Virus record (IMG/VR): IMGVR_UViG_3300022890_000014
Span: 64,001 to 128,000 of that record
Length of the DNA: 64,000 bases
Direction: 5' to 3' (one strand)
DNA from: a virus
The notes under the pieces were generated by a model, which worked only from the letters and a program-made list of their open reading frames with translations, had not been told where the DNA came from and did not search any database. Shown piece by piece: positions 39,462-49,873 of the stretch; the first letter of the stretch is position 1, and each line of letters starts with the position of its first letter. The translations under genes were made by a program, and so were the position numbers.

Positions 39462-39782
39462 CTACTCATCACTCACTCCTGTATTGGAAAGATAGCGTAA
39501 AAGATTCTCTTCGTTTACATACTCCTTGCTATGAACAAAGATTCCGTTTATCTTTTCAACATTTACTATTTCTGCAATACTTGATGCCACTACGCGGTCG
39601 GTTATAAGACTTTTTATCATATGTGAACAACTATCCTCCTTGTAGTGTTTAAGGAAATCTTCTTCACTATAGCAAGATCCAGGCATAGGAATACCCATTG
39701 CAACCTTGCCTGTATCCCCTCTGTTAATTTTATTGTATGTAACTAGAATTAATAGATATGAAGATATGAAGTCATACTGCAC
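39462..39782 (-). CDS. hypothetical protein (start uncertain)
   Basis: GGAG upstream. Confidence 0.45.
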   Translation of the reverse strand: MQYDFISSYLLILVTYNKINRGDTGKVAMGIPMPGSCYSEEDFLKHYKEDSCSHMIKSLITDRVVASSIAEIVNVEKINGIFVHSKEYVNEENLLRYLSNTGVSDE

Positions 39783-39847
39783 ACTCCTTTTGGTTATTGG
39801 TGTATACAGTATATCATGTTCTGGATGGAATACAAGAGGGGGATTTA

Positions 39848-40543
39848 TTAGACGGAAAGTTTCATTCTGGCAGGCACTACTCTATCAAACTGACCTGAGC
39901 CACCTTCCATAAGCAGGACGCTACCGGAAGAAATAGAGAGTTGGTGTCCTTGTACATATAGGTATTCGAGATAGAGTGCGCCAACATCTCTATTTGTCAT
40001 ATCTCTAAAGTACAAGAGGTTCCCAGTGGGTTGATTGAAAACGTCGGAGTACAGAGACATCCAGAAATTATCAAACCCAGGGTTAACCTTAAGTTCAGGA
40101 GGAGCCTGACCAGCGTTAGGAGCGTATTTGATATGGAGTTGTGCAGGATTGATGCTGAACTTAGTGCTCGTATAGTAAGCATACAAGGCTCTAAGAAGAG
40201 TAACACCATGATAGAAGACTCGACCCCAGTTCATAGAGCCAACGACTCTACCAGGGATGAAGTAACTTCTTGCAGAACCAATCTCAAAGATTCGTTGAAG
40301 TTGTTTTGATTGAGAAAGTCCAGCATTTTCCATAACACCAATTGGATAAACTTGCTGGTCTACCAAACTTGAGTTGTCCATACCCTGAGTTGCACTCTGG
40401 TTGATATTGGACGTGATGTCCGGTGGTCCAGAGGCAAGCAGAGTAGACTCAGCAGATACAAACTGTCCACCTTCAAGTTCGCTTTGAACATGAAATGTGT
40501 GGAAGTTCCAAGTGCTGAGACTAGTCGTTGCGTTCTTTGCCAT
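39848..40543 (-). CDS. putative tail tube protein
   Basis: Directly downstream of the sheath; PIG..NAGLSQSKQLQRIFEIGS motif typical of tube proteins. Confidence 0.7.
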   Translation of the reverse strand: MAKNATTSLSTWNFHTFHVQSELEGGQFVSAESTLLASGPPDITSNINQSATQGMDNSSLVDQQVYPIGVMENAGLSQSKQLQRIFEIGSARSYFIPGRVVGSMNWGRVFYHGVTLLRALYAYYTSTKFSINPAQLHIKYAPNAGQAPPELKVNPGFDNFWMSLYSDVFNQPTGNLLYFRDMTNRDVGALYLEYLYVQGHQLSISSGSVLLMEGGSGQFDRVVPARMKLSV

Positions 40544-40585
40544 TTTAAAAAAATCCTTCTGCGTAAGGCTTACGCATTATGTCAT

Positions 40586-43500
40586 TTACGTTCTGACAGT
40601 CATCAACATTCTGTTGTGAGGCACAGGAGCATCGACATACCATTGATGCTCAGTTTGGTCTATCTCTGTCTCTGAAACGTCAAGCTTTTCAAGTCGCATT
40701 TCGTTGACAAGTTTACCTGCGCGTACATCACTGAACTCTTCACAGAAAGTGACTACGGCAGAGGCAGTAGTTCTCAACTGAGAGAGAAGCTCATCAGAGA
40801 TATTATATTTACCTATCCAAACTGAGAATTCTTGACGGATAACTCTCGTTACATAGTCAATAATCTTAGTGATAGAAAGTTCTTGCTTCTTGATGCTGGA
40901 AATATCAGTTGTTAGCTGATGTCGAATATGAGGTGTATCACCTGAGTCATCCTGATGAATAATCATTACACCACCACCAGCGATAGTGTTTAGCTGCGCT
41001 CTTGTGAAATAGTTGTCGGATTTGCCATGAGGAGCACTAGTGAAGCCAGTGAATCCAAGCTTAGACAAACCTTGTTGTGGAGCTAGCCCAGCAACGAAAG
41101 CACCGACTGCAACTCCCCAGTAGTATCCTGGCGCTGTTACGGAGGCTCCTGCTACATCAAAGACTGACTGATCAGGCCAAACCAAAGTGGTTCGTCTGTC
41201 TGCGAATGAGGCAGCATAGTCTCTGATAGCTTCTGCTTGCTCATCTTTTGTCTTCGGTTTAACTAACGTATATATCAGTGAGGATAAAACACCAGTAAAG
41301 ATTGCTGTGAGACCAGTCATTGAGAACTCATCGCCAACCACTGTTTTCACTATCTCTTCCGACACAACAGTATCGATAACATAGTCACCAGCGATAGCTG
41401 TTGGAGAAGTGACTCTTATCACGTCACCAGCGATGAACCCCTTGGTTACAAAAGTCTCACCAGTAACAGTAAGCTCTCTAAAGTCTCTCTGTACAGAGTA
41501 GTCTATAGAGGATTCACTTACCATAGGAGTAAGAGTTTTATCTTCGAGGCTAAAGGTGTTGTTTCCAGGTGTACTGGAGAACTCCATCTCGAAACCACCA
41601 AGATCTTCGGCAGTAGAAGAAACACCTTGTGTAGCCACAGCACCGAAAGCGGTTGTGTTAGTAAGGATAAGTTCTTCTTGTTTCACAGATTGCACGGTAT
41701 ACGATTGACCTGCGTATGTTCCCGTAAGGATTCTTACAGTTCTACCAGCGTCACCGAACCCGATTGTTCCGAAGCCAGCTATTGCAACAGAGCATAGGTT
41801 TGTTCCAGCGAACTTCTGTCCCCAGTCTTTGTTTGTAATAATGTAGTTGTGGCTCGCGTCCAACTCTGCAATTAAGAATGTCTCAGACACATAGTCTTGA
41901 TCTGCGATTGAGGCAGACACGGCATTTGCGCCAGCAGGCCATACGACCAGAAGATTTCCTAGTGTTACTTTTATATCAGAATCGATAGCAGTAATCTCTT
42001 GCACATCGATAGCTCCAGTCACATCATCAATGAATCTTAGTTCTCTTCCGATGTCTCCGAAGCCGAATGTTCCAGCAGCGAAACCACTTAGAGTTTTGGC
42101 TCCAACATCTTTAACCCCAACAAGAGCATTTCCTCTGCCAGAATATGACAGTGTATTACTCACCATTACTGTAGTCACGCCGTTGAACTCGCCAGCACCA
42201 GCGGCACCAGTTAGTTTAACAACAGAGACGGAGCAACTAGCTGTAGCATCATTAACAGTGATAGAGGCTACTGTACATGTACTTCCGTCACCAGGAGCAG
42301 TAACTATTGTATGAGACTTATTATCAGCAGGAGTAGCAGATCCGGACACTAGAACCTGAGCGCCGACAAGACCAGTGAATGTACCAGGAACACCTGAATC
42401 AACTAAGTTTGTTGCGGCTGTAAGAGCAACAGTACCAGCTATAGATCTGTTTAGTCTTGAGGCTGTGACACCTGGGGTTGCGAATACGTCATCGTATCCA
42501 ATAACAGACACCTGAGACATATTTGGAGTTGTGTATGCGACAGGAGGAACCACAGTATCATATGCTATATCAACATCAATACTAGAGTAGTCAGTAACAT
42601 TTAATGCGCTAATCTCAGTAGACATAGCATTAGATGAAATAACACCGTCCATTAGTGTGGGAAGCCAAGCAATGCACTTCAGACCTACGGGAGCTACGCC
42701 TTCGCTAGCAAGGTATCTGAATGTTCCAGCGGGTCCAGTAAGTCTGATTGTGTCTAGTGTTCCAGCTAGAGCACTACCAGAGTCAGAAGCAGTAAGACCG
42801 AATGTGCAAGAACGGATTCTATTTCCGTATGCTGCAACATAACCACGATTTGGTGACACTTCAAGAAGAACTCCAGGATCTTTTATTTTAAGATGCTCAG
42901 AGTTATTGACCCCCCAGAAGCCGTCATTAGTAAGAGTACTTCCTGACGCCTTAACTAAGTCTGTTGAGTAATCAACTGGAAGAGGAGAGACTGTTCCGTC
43001 GAAATCGGGGAATTTAACAACGCCTCTACTCCAAAGCCTATTACTCTTGTCGTTGAACTCTGCATCGTCGGAAGCTGCAACTTCTGTGACACCATTAATG
43101 TCCCATGCTACTGCTGTGTCTTTTGCATCGATAATGCTTTCGACAATCAGAGAGGTGTTGATGACAACAATTCTGACTCTATTCCAGTCTTTAGTTGGGT
43201 CAGATACGTCTCTGGCATGAGTACTCATCAAAGAGTTGTGACCTGCGTTCTGCGTAAGGCCTACGAGGACATATGCATCTTCGTCTGCAATGCGTGTAAG
43301 CGAGTCGCCAAACCCAAGCTTTGCCATGCTGTCAAATTCATACAAACCTGACTTCACACCAGCGATAACATCCATGCCGCTAAAATAAATCTTAGAGGTA
43401 GTATTTTCTCTTGCTTTGGACAAGGCCATCGCGAGAGGGTTGTACTCAGATGTGATACCAATCTTTGTGGCAATCTGTGTGCTTGCTTCGATGTAGCCAG

Positions 43501-44440
43501 TCTGATTAACCAAGCCAGTCTTAACTGAGCGGTAATTAACCTTGATAGTTCCAGATACAATAGGTCCAGTAGGAGTATTGGTATCTTGGATTCCAGAGAC
43601 CAAGGACAATTTGTCTCTTAGTACTGTGAAGTCTGTATCTCTTACTAGCTTCACAGCATTAATGTTCTGTGTTGCAGAAACAGCTATACTATCTAGGATG
43701 GCTGTCACTCTCCAGGGATTATCATCTCCAGTAGGGGCAACACCCTGAGTAACATCTACGTAACTAGAGGTTGTTGCATCAACAGCAGAAATTGTGTAGC
43801 TAGTTGCGAACCCTGCTCCCATCTCAAGTTTGTCTAGGATTCTTGCGTCATCCAGCTTGGCTGAAGAGTAGAATCTTTGAACGACACCACTGGTTGGGAT
43901 AATGGACGAATTTACAGTTTCAACAACAGTAAAGTTTGCACCGGTAAGAGTTACGGAATCTCCTGGTGCATTAACTGTACTGATAGTCCTAAGACCTCTA
44001 TCAGCCGCAGTGCCAGAGTGAACATAGATGCTCTTGCCTACATCAGTAGGGCTGAATGTTCCTGTGGGAAATCCACTAAGAGTTGTAGATGCTAGACCTT
44101 TAGCTCCAACCGCGTAGTGTCTAGTTCCACCGAAGTATCCAGTAGCAAACGAGTCAATGACTTTTTTGCCATCAACAACATAGACTTCTACAGGATACTC
44201 AAGCTCATTTGTTTCCCAAGTGTCGGACGTTCCTTGGTCAACATACTCATTGCTTCCAAGGCTAGGATAATCAACATCCTTGGAACTTCCACTATACGCA
44301 TCGACTGGGCTATTGGTCGCCAAAAACTGGACGTTGTACCCTGGGCCGACTACGTACAAGGGAAGGATTGGGTTCGTAATAGCAGTTGATGTCCCTGTAA
44401 ACTGCTGAATGATTGTGATACCCAGTTCCTTATACGACAT
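40586..44440 (-). CDS. contractile tail sheath protein with large beta-rich insertions
   Basis: C-terminal sheath-like features: RRTTLVWPD, QLNTIAGGGV, IRHQLTTD, ELSITKIIDYV, IGKYNI. Confidence 0.8.
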   Translation of the reverse strand: MSYKELGITIIQQFTGTSTAITNPILPLYVVGPGYNVQFLATNSPVDAYSGSSKDVDYPSLGSNEYVDQGTSDTWETNELEYPVEVYVVDGKKVIDSFATGYFGGTRHYAVGAKGLASTTLSGFPTGTFSPTDVGKSIYVHSGTAADRGLRTISTVNAPGDSVTLTGANFTVVETVNSSIIPTSGVVQRFYSSAKLDDARILDKLEMGAGFATSYTISAVDATTSSYVDVTQGVAPTGDDNPWRVTAILDSIAVSATQNINAVKLVRDTDFTVLRDKLSLVSGIQDTNTPTGPIVSGTIKVNYRSVKTGLVNQTGYIEASTQIATKIGITSEYNPLAMALSKARENTTSKIYFSGMDVIAGVKSGLYEFDSMAKLGFGDSLTRIADEDAYVLVGLTQNAGHNSLMSTHARDVSDPTKDWNRVRIVVINTSLIVESIIDAKDTAVAWDINGVTEVAASDDAEFNDKSNRLWSRGVVKFPDFDGTVSPLPVDYSTDLVKASGSTLTNDGFWGVNNSEHLKIKDPGVLLEVSPNRGYVAAYGNRIRSCTFGLTASDSGSALAGTLDTIRLTGPAGTFRYLASEGVAPVGLKCIAWLPTLMDGVISSNAMSTEISALNVTDYSSIDVDIAYDTVVPPVAYTTPNMSQVSVIGYDDVFATPGVTASRLNRSIAGTVALTAATNLVDSGVPGTFTGLVGAQVLVSGSATPADNKSHTIVTAPGDGSTCTVASITVNDATASCSVSVVKLTGAAGAGEFNGVTTVMVSNTLSYSGRGNALVGVKDVGAKTLSGFAAGTFGFGDIGRELRFIDDVTGAIDVQEITAIDSDIKVTLGNLLVVWPAGANAVSASIADQDYVSETFLIAELDASHNYIITNKDWGQKFAGTNLCSVAIAGFGTIGFGDAGRTVRILTGTYAGQSYTVQSVKQEELILTNTTAFGAVATQGVSSTAEDLGGFEMEFSSTPGNNTFSLEDKTLTPMVSESSIDYSVQRDFRELTVTGETFVTKGFIAGDVIRVTSPTAIAGDYVIDTVVSEEIVKTVVGDEFSMTGLTAIFTGVLSSLIYTLVKPKTKDEQAEAIRDYAASFADRRTTLVWPDQSVFDVAGASVTAPGYYWGVAVGAFVAGLAPQQGLSKLGFTGFTSAPHGKSDNYFTRAQLNTIAGGGVMIIHQDDSGDTPHIRHQLTTDISSIKKQELSITKIIDYVTRVIRQEFSVWIGKYNISDELLSQLRTTASAVVTFCEEFSDVRAGKLVNEMRLEKLDVSETEIDQTEHQWYVDAPVPHNRMLMTVRT

Positions 44441-44478
44441 ATTACTTTCTCCGTTTGCGTAAGGCTTACGCAGGCAAA

Positions 44479-45180
44479 TTAAGATATGATTACAATAGCT
44501 CTTTCACCATATATCGGATCAAAAACTTGCGATGATTTGAATATCATATTCCTAAGTATAGGGAAGTGTGTTCTGTCAACAGACACTCCAACTTCCTTAA
44601 CTATCCCCGCGCTTATAGTACATACCCAGCTTGCTGTTTTAGAATCTTTCCTGACAGCCACTAAATCTGACATTGTAGGGCTACCAACTGAGTATATTGT
44701 AAACTTTTTTAGAGGTTCTGTCAGAAACGTTAGGGCATTAAAAATTAACGAGGAATATAATTCGACATGACTATAATCGCCATAGACCCTTATGTTCAGT
44801 CCACAGCTAACTAGGTCTAGCTTTTTATATTTCTCACCAGTCATGCTTATCTCTGAAAACCTACCTAAACCACCTCTGTTGAGCGCAGTTACAGGACCCC
44901 TTTTTATAACGATGATTGGGTCCATACCAAGGTCAAGTTGAGAGAAACCTAGGTGATCTATTATTTGAATCCTTCGTTCCGGTTCTACGTCTTTATCATT
45001 ATATGAAAACTTATGCGGCAGATCATCACCTAAAAAAAGACCTTGAATAAATACAAGCATTGTCTCTGTTATCAAGGCCCCAATATTGAACCCAAATGGC
45101 AGAACTGTCTTTGGACCTTGTTGTGCCCGTGAGAACTGCACGTCTGGAAGGTGACTTCCTTCTTTGTTTTCTAAGCCCAT
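44479..45180 (-). CDS. putative tail terminator/completion protein
   Basis: Position upstream of the sheath; PIIVIKRGP. Confidence 0.45.
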   Translation of the reverse strand: MGLENKEGSHLPDVQFSRAQQGPKTVLPFGFNIGALITETMLVFIQGLFLGDDLPHKFSYNDKDVEPERRIQIIDHLGFSQLDLGMDPIIVIKRGPVTALNRGGLGRFSEISMTGEKYKKLDLVSCGLNIRVYGDYSHVELYSSLIFNALTFLTEPLKKFTIYSVGSPTMSDLVAVRKDSKTASWVCTISAGIVKEVGVSVDRTHFPILRNMIFKSSQVFDPIYGERAIVIIS

Positions 45181-45181
45181 A

Positions 45182-45502
45182 CTAGAAGCCCTCCTTGCTA
45201 GCTTGAGAGAGAGTTACTTTGAATGCCTTAGAAACCATCTTTGCCATGTCTGATTTCTTACCAAAAGAATCGTCTAGGTCTATATCTACCTGATCGTCAG
45301 TTGATTCATCGTCGTAGCTCTCGTATATTCTTACCTTGACTTTCTTACCATAAATGTATACTTCAGCCCTTCCAATCTTCTTGGACTTGTTTACTTCTGA
45401 ATCAAGAATCTCCTGAAGGTTCTCTTTGTACTTAGTGAGAAACCTTTCGGACATCAAGTTCTTGCTTAGTTTTGTCTGTAGTCTCATTGATTTAAACCTC
45501 AT
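45182..45502 (-). CDS. hypothetical protein
   Basis: ORF in structural operon. Confidence 0.6.
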   Translation of the reverse strand: MRFKSMRLQTKLSKNLMSERFLTKYKENLQEILDSEVNKSKKIGRAEVYIYGKKVKVRIYESYDDESTDDQVDIDLDDSFGKKSDMAKMVSKAFKVTLSQASKEGF

Positions 45503-45543
45503 GTGTGTCTATATACTACACTAGTTTTGAGGCTGCGTAAGGC

Positions 45544-46350
45544 TTACGCACTGGGGAGAGGTGGTGTTTTTGACTTGTTTGCTCGCTCACTGATTACTTC
45601 TTCTATTATTACTGGTGCTTGTCCAAGAGCCATGCCAGCTAGTGCTCCTACTGGACCAAACATAGATCCAACCATAGTTCCTCCGACTGTACTAACGAGC
45701 CTTCCTCTGTTCTGATGGAAGTTTCTAAGGTAAGTTTTTCCAGTATCTTCTTCGATTTGAGACTTCTCTTCTCCGTCTGCAACTTGAGACCAAGCAACTC
45801 TCTCCTTCTCCATTACATCTTCATCATGTATTTTCTTGGAGAATAGTCTAGCTAGACCTCTTGGAATATTAGCTCCACCATATGCAGTAGCTAGCTCGCC
45901 ATCATCTCTCTTCTTACTGAAGTCTGCTATATGCCCAATCTCATGATCAATAACTACTGGATTCATCTTCTTTGGAGCAATGATGTAATCTCCAGTATCA
46001 CCAGAGAACGCTAAGGCGTTACCACCATTAAGAACAACATTCTCCATGTATTCTTTAGGTCCGTTGCCCTTGAACTCTTTGTCCATTAGTACACCAACAT
46101 CTTTGACTGAAGAGACTAGGTTGACTTTACTGTTAGCTTTCAAGACTCTCTTCTTTACATTGGTTGCATTTCTACTCATGTGAGCGTCAATGTCTTCCTG
46201 TCTAGTTCTATTCTGAGACGAAGAATACACATCGTACAATCCAAGCCCTGTTAGCCCTAGGCCCACAGCACCTATGCCACCAGCAAGCCATGGATTGATT
46301 CCAGCCTGCTTTGTCATGCCGTAGAGTATTCCATTGTATATACTATTCAT
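45544..46350 (-). CDS. putative virion-internal protein with zincin HExxH motif
   Basis: DHEIGH...E.VAW; N-terminal YNGILYGMTKQAG; Gly-rich hydrophobic segments. Confidence 0.6.
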   Translation of the reverse strand: MNSIYNGILYGMTKQAGINPWLAGGIGAVGLGLTGLGLYDVYSSSQNRTRQEDIDAHMSRNATNVKKRVLKANSKVNLVSSVKDVGVLMDKEFKGNGPKEYMENVVLNGGNALAFSGDTGDYIIAPKKMNPVVIDHEIGHIADFSKKRDDGELATAYGGANIPRGLARLFSKKIHDEDVMEKERVAWSQVADGEEKSQIEEDTGKTYLRNFHQNRGRLVSTVGGTMVGSMFGPVGALAGMALGQAPVIIEEVISERANKSKTPPLPSA

Positions 46351-47314
46351 CTGGATTTATCCTAGATGTTCTTGCTTTAGGAAGCCCAGTTCTGCAACCG
46401 AACCAAGTCTTCCTTGACCTTGCCCAAACAATGTCCATGTAGTCGCGTATAGCAGCTAGGTCATTAGTTAGGTTGAGTTGCTTCTGCTCTGGAGATGAGA
46501 ACTCGACTGGCTTCAAATGTATCATTTGTATGACACCAATCTCTCCGCTCTCAGCAGCTATCCACTTTTTGTTCTCAACCCTATACATACCACCATTCAA
46601 GCCAGGGACTAGAACTACATCTCTCTTTTTGAAGTCTGGGTAGTTAACTGTCCAGAACTGCTTATCTTCTATCTCAAGCTCAAAATCGGCCATCTGTATA
46701 ATTTCAACAGTGGGACTCATCGAACCATAGAACTTTGTTGGAGTTTCAGCATATGGATACATCCATCCAGTACCCATGCACAATGTGTGCTTCTCATCGT
46801 TTGGTCTACCCCTGACAGGATTCCAGCATGTACATCTTGAACCCCATTGTCTTTGGGGGAAGAAGTACGATAGAGATCCAACAGGGAACTTTTCAAGCAT
46901 CATAAGGTGTCGTCGTATGATCTCAGATGCAACCTGAGAAGGCACACTATTCTCATGAATACTTATAGGTCCAAACTCTGCTGTGTCTCCAGATGGAGTA
47001 TGAGTCATCCTGAGCTTATAGAACATCTTTCTCCACAAGGAGAAGAGAGACTCTGGTTCATCTAGATATTCTGTGATACCAGTAAGCTCGTTTGTCACCT
47101 CATCGAATTCGCCTACATCAGTGAATCCTCTGAGGATTATAAACGTGTAGTCATCTATGTCGAAGTCAGACCCAATTATGTTAGAGACACCCCATCTCAG
47201 CATTACCTGATGCCTGTTTATCACAGCGCATTGGAACTGCTCTAGTTCTGGTATGTTGTCACTTGCATAGGAGAAGTCCTCTCTAAGCACAGGCATTGTC
47301 TGAAATGTAGTCAT
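46343..47314 (-). CDS. putative neck/head-closure protein
   Basis: N-terminal FN3-like strands; RCTCW...CMGTGW; located between adaptor and tail genes. Confidence 0.5.
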   Translation of the reverse strand: MTTFQTMPVLREDFSYASDNIPELEQFQCAVINRHQVMLRWGVSNIIGSDFDIDDYTFIILRGFTDVGEFDEVTNELTGITEYLDEPESLFSLWRKMFYKLRMTHTPSGDTAEFGPISIHENSVPSQVASEIIRRHLMMLEKFPVGSLSYFFPQRQWGSRCTCWNPVRGRPNDEKHTLCMGTGWMYPYAETPTKFYGSMSPTVEIIQMADFELEIEDKQFWTVNYPDFKKRDVVLVPGLNGGMYRVENKKWIAAESGEIGVIQMIHLKPVEFSSPEQKQLNLTNDLAAIRDYMDIVWARSRKTWFGCRTGLPKARTSRINPDE

Positions 47315-47371
47315 TGCGTAAGCCTTACGCGCTAGCGTTGTTAGTCTTTTCCTAGGTGATGTCCAGCACCC

Positions 47372-48079
47372 CTAGTCGCTGAGTCCAGCATAAGCTAATC
47401 CACCCATTCCAGCCAACCCTGCTGTTCCAGCTAGAGCTTTTGCCCATGTAGGCATGCTGCTGATTCTAGACATAATGCCTTTGCCTACTGATTTTGCTTC
47501 TGGAGCGATAGCACTCTCTGTTCTACCTAGGTTTTCTGTGATAGATGGCTTCATTGGTCCTGGTGCTATTGGCGCTACCGATGACTTTAGTGATGCTGGT
47601 TCTGGATGGCCGATATAGTTTCTTACTACGTTGCCAGTTCTCTCTTCAAGCTTCCTAGCTTTAATCACGTCGTTTACACTTATTCCTCCTGTTGGCCTAA
47701 GTGTAGATTCTGGATTAAAGAGGTTAATGTTTGGAAATGGTCTTTTGCGTTTAGTCTCTTGACCAAGCATTTGAGAGAGAGTTGTATCTGCTGCAATAGG
47801 AACTCTATCTAGGTGTTGAACTCTACCTCCGCCACCTCTTACTGTATTCTCAAGAATATTGACATCTTTAGCTAATGCCTGCTGTATATTTGTAGGCTGC
47901 TTTCGTAGAGTTAAATTTGCTCTAGCAGCAGGGGTTCCCTGTAGTCGATCATATTTAATCTGCTTTTTCGATCCGCTCCAGTTTCCAGCCTGTCTATCTG
48001 CCTGTTGCGCCTGAACTTCAGCAAATGCCTCTTCAACACCAGCACGTTTCGTCATCCCAAGAAATATTCCGTTGTACAT
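47372..48079 (-). CDS. putative virion-internal protein
   Basis: Starts MYNGIFLGMTKRAG; C-terminal Gly/Ala hydrophobic segment. Confidence 0.6.
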   Translation of the reverse strand: MYNGIFLGMTKRAGVEEAFAEVQAQQADRQAGNWSGSKKQIKYDRLQGTPAARANLTLRKQPTNIQQALAKDVNILENTVRGGGGRVQHLDRVPIAADTTLSQMLGQETKRKRPFPNINLFNPESTLRPTGGISVNDVIKARKLEERTGNVVRNYIGHPEPASLKSSVAPIAPGPMKPSITENLGRTESAIAPEAKSVGKGIMSRISSMPTWAKALAGTAGLAGMGGLAYAGLSD

Positions 48080-48080
48080 A

Positions 48081-48185
48081 TTAGTCTCCAAATGTTGCGT
48101 ACCCTAATCCACTTATTCCAGCCAATCCTGCTGTCCCAGCTAGAACTTTTGCCCATGTTGGCATACCGCTAACTCTATTTTTCAT
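48081..48185 (-). CDS. 34-aa mini-ORF duplicating the C-terminal segment of the downstream gene
   Basis: MKNRVSGMPTWAKVLAGTAGLAGISGLGYATFGD vs SRISSMPTWAKALAGTAGLAGMGGLAYAGLSD. Confidence 0.55.
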   Translation of the reverse strand: MKNRVSGMPTWAKVLAGTAGLAGISGLGYATFGD

Positions 48186-48195
48186 TGCGTAAGCC

Positions 48196-48603
48196 TTACG
48201 CGTTGTTGAATTTGTCAAACATTTTCTGTGCAGCGTCGAGTGCGTAGTTCATGTGTAGTTTAGACACCGGAACCTTGTTGCTTATGACATCTGCAATGCT
48301 TTTGTAGTACTTGTCAGCATCTTCGACTACTGCATAAGCGACCTTTCCACCTTCAACATTATACGACAGTTCGCGTATCATTGTCACTTTAGCTTTATTG
48401 GACAGGAACCATTTTACTGATTCCGAGGCAGTTTGTCGAGATATGATTCCAGGTTCAGCAACATCTTGTTGTAAGTTAATTTCCCGTTCGCTCTGGACTG
48501 AGTTAGAACTATCTTCCTTGGTGACTGGTATATCTTTTTTAGATGATCTCTGTTCTCGAAGGCAAAGGTTTCTTTGCTTCCAGGCATTAAGTGTGTCTGA
48601 CAT
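48196..48603 (-). CDS. hypothetical protein
   Basis: ORF ending in a palindrome. Confidence 0.65.
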   Translation of the reverse strand: MSDTLNAWKQRNLCLREQRSSKKDIPVTKEDSSNSVQSEREINLQQDVAEPGIISRQTASESVKWFLSNKAKVTMIRELSYNVEGGKVAYAVVEDADKYYKSIADVISNKVPVSKLHMNYALDAAQKMFDKFNNA

Positions 48604-48615
48604 TTCTTTGTTCTC

Positions 48616-49404
48616 TTAATTGTCATAGTTATCTATCATCCTTAGATTTGGCGCTGCCAGATGCTCAAGGTTTCCATTGTGATAGTCAGCGATGATGTCG
48701 TCGATTATCTTCTCGGAAAGATAGTCGCTTCGTTTGTCAGTAGCCATCCAGAGGTACATTGCTGTGCGGAAGAATAGATACGCACGAGCTTTATGTATGC
48801 CTTCCCATTCAATGAATTTATCTGGATCAACCATACATCTGACTTCTAATTGATTCCTATAAGCATGATACTCAATCCATTGTCTACCATATGCAAACTT
48901 GAACGGAAGCAGAGCGAATATATACAACCACACATATAGAGGGATTATAATAGATTGAGCGATCCATCTCATGGGAGCAATTAGATCAGATATGAATGGC
49001 CTGAACGGTTCGTTGTGATTCAAATACATCATTTGGTTGACATGTACAAACTCGTGTCTAAATATCTCATATCTAGGCAGAGGATCTAGATCTCGGAGTT
49101 CATCAATGGTATATGGCACATACACAGTACGCAGGATAGTTGTCCAATACCTGTTCATGAACTTATCATTTACTCTCCAGTAGCTAGAGAATAACTTCAA
49201 GAAGAACGAGATAGCAATCATAAGCCAAGATTCGGACTTGGGCTTTACTTTTATTCTCCAGTAGTTCACAAGCTGATTATCTATCCATAACCAGTATAAC
49301 TTCTGATCATAACCCTGTAGCTTTGCCGCCTGCATGTCTATAGGATCTGTGGTGTTGAAGCCAAGAATTCGATAGAAACTTTCGGTTCTGCTATTTACTT
49401 TCAT
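48616..49404 (-). CDS. membrane-associated zincin-like protein
   Basis: RHEFVHVNQ ... EYHAY; hydrophobic segments. Confidence 0.6.
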   Translation of the reverse strand: MKVNSRTESFYRILGFNTTDPIDMQAAKLQGYDQKLYWLWIDNQLVNYWRIKVKPKSESWLMIAISFFLKLFSSYWRVNDKFMNRYWTTILRTVYVPYTIDELRDLDPLPRYEIFRHEFVHVNQMMYLNHNEPFRPFISDLIAPMRWIAQSIIIPLYVWLYIFALLPFKFAYGRQWIEYHAYRNQLEVRCMVDPDKFIEWEGIHKARAYLFFRTAMYLWMATDKRSDYLSEKIIDDIIADYHNGNLEHLAAPNLRMIDNYDN

Positions 49405-49873
49405 CTATAACCTCCGTCATTACTGTTAGCACCTTGCTAGATATTTCTCGGTTAAGTCTATCGAATGTATCCATACCCATGTATTCAATGATATGCATGA
49501 TTTCTTTTGCAAAGTGAAGTTTTTCACTGAATACTCTTAAGTAGACTTCACCTTCTATAAAACACAGTGTTGACATCTTTTCAAAGTTAAGGAACGTCAT
49601 GTTTATATTTGATGTATCATCACCAGATATAGTGTGCCATCCATTTTTTCTATCGCACACATTGTATCTGTACCAAATAGCACTAGCACCTTTTTCTGCG
49701 ATACCAGTCTCTACGAACCCACCGTAGAGCATACCTCCTTTATCTTCTCTTACTGCTGTTTTTTTGCTATTGATTGAGTATGGAGAGAGCGACGTGAACT
49801 CTTTGAGCCACTTGATTGATTCTTCTGCGGTGTCGGGTAGCCAGTTAATCTTGTCTGTTACTGCTTGAAACAT
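49391..49873 (-). CDS. hypothetical protein
   Basis: GAGGTG RBS. Confidence 0.7.
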   Translation of the reverse strand: MFQAVTDKINWLPDTAEESIKWLKEFTSLSPYSINSKKTAVREDKGGMLYGGFVETGIAEKGASAIWYRYNVCDRKNGWHTISGDDTSNINMTFLNFEKMSTLCFIEGEVYLRVFSEKLHFAKEIMHIIEYMGMDTFDRLNREISSKVLTVMTEVIDESK

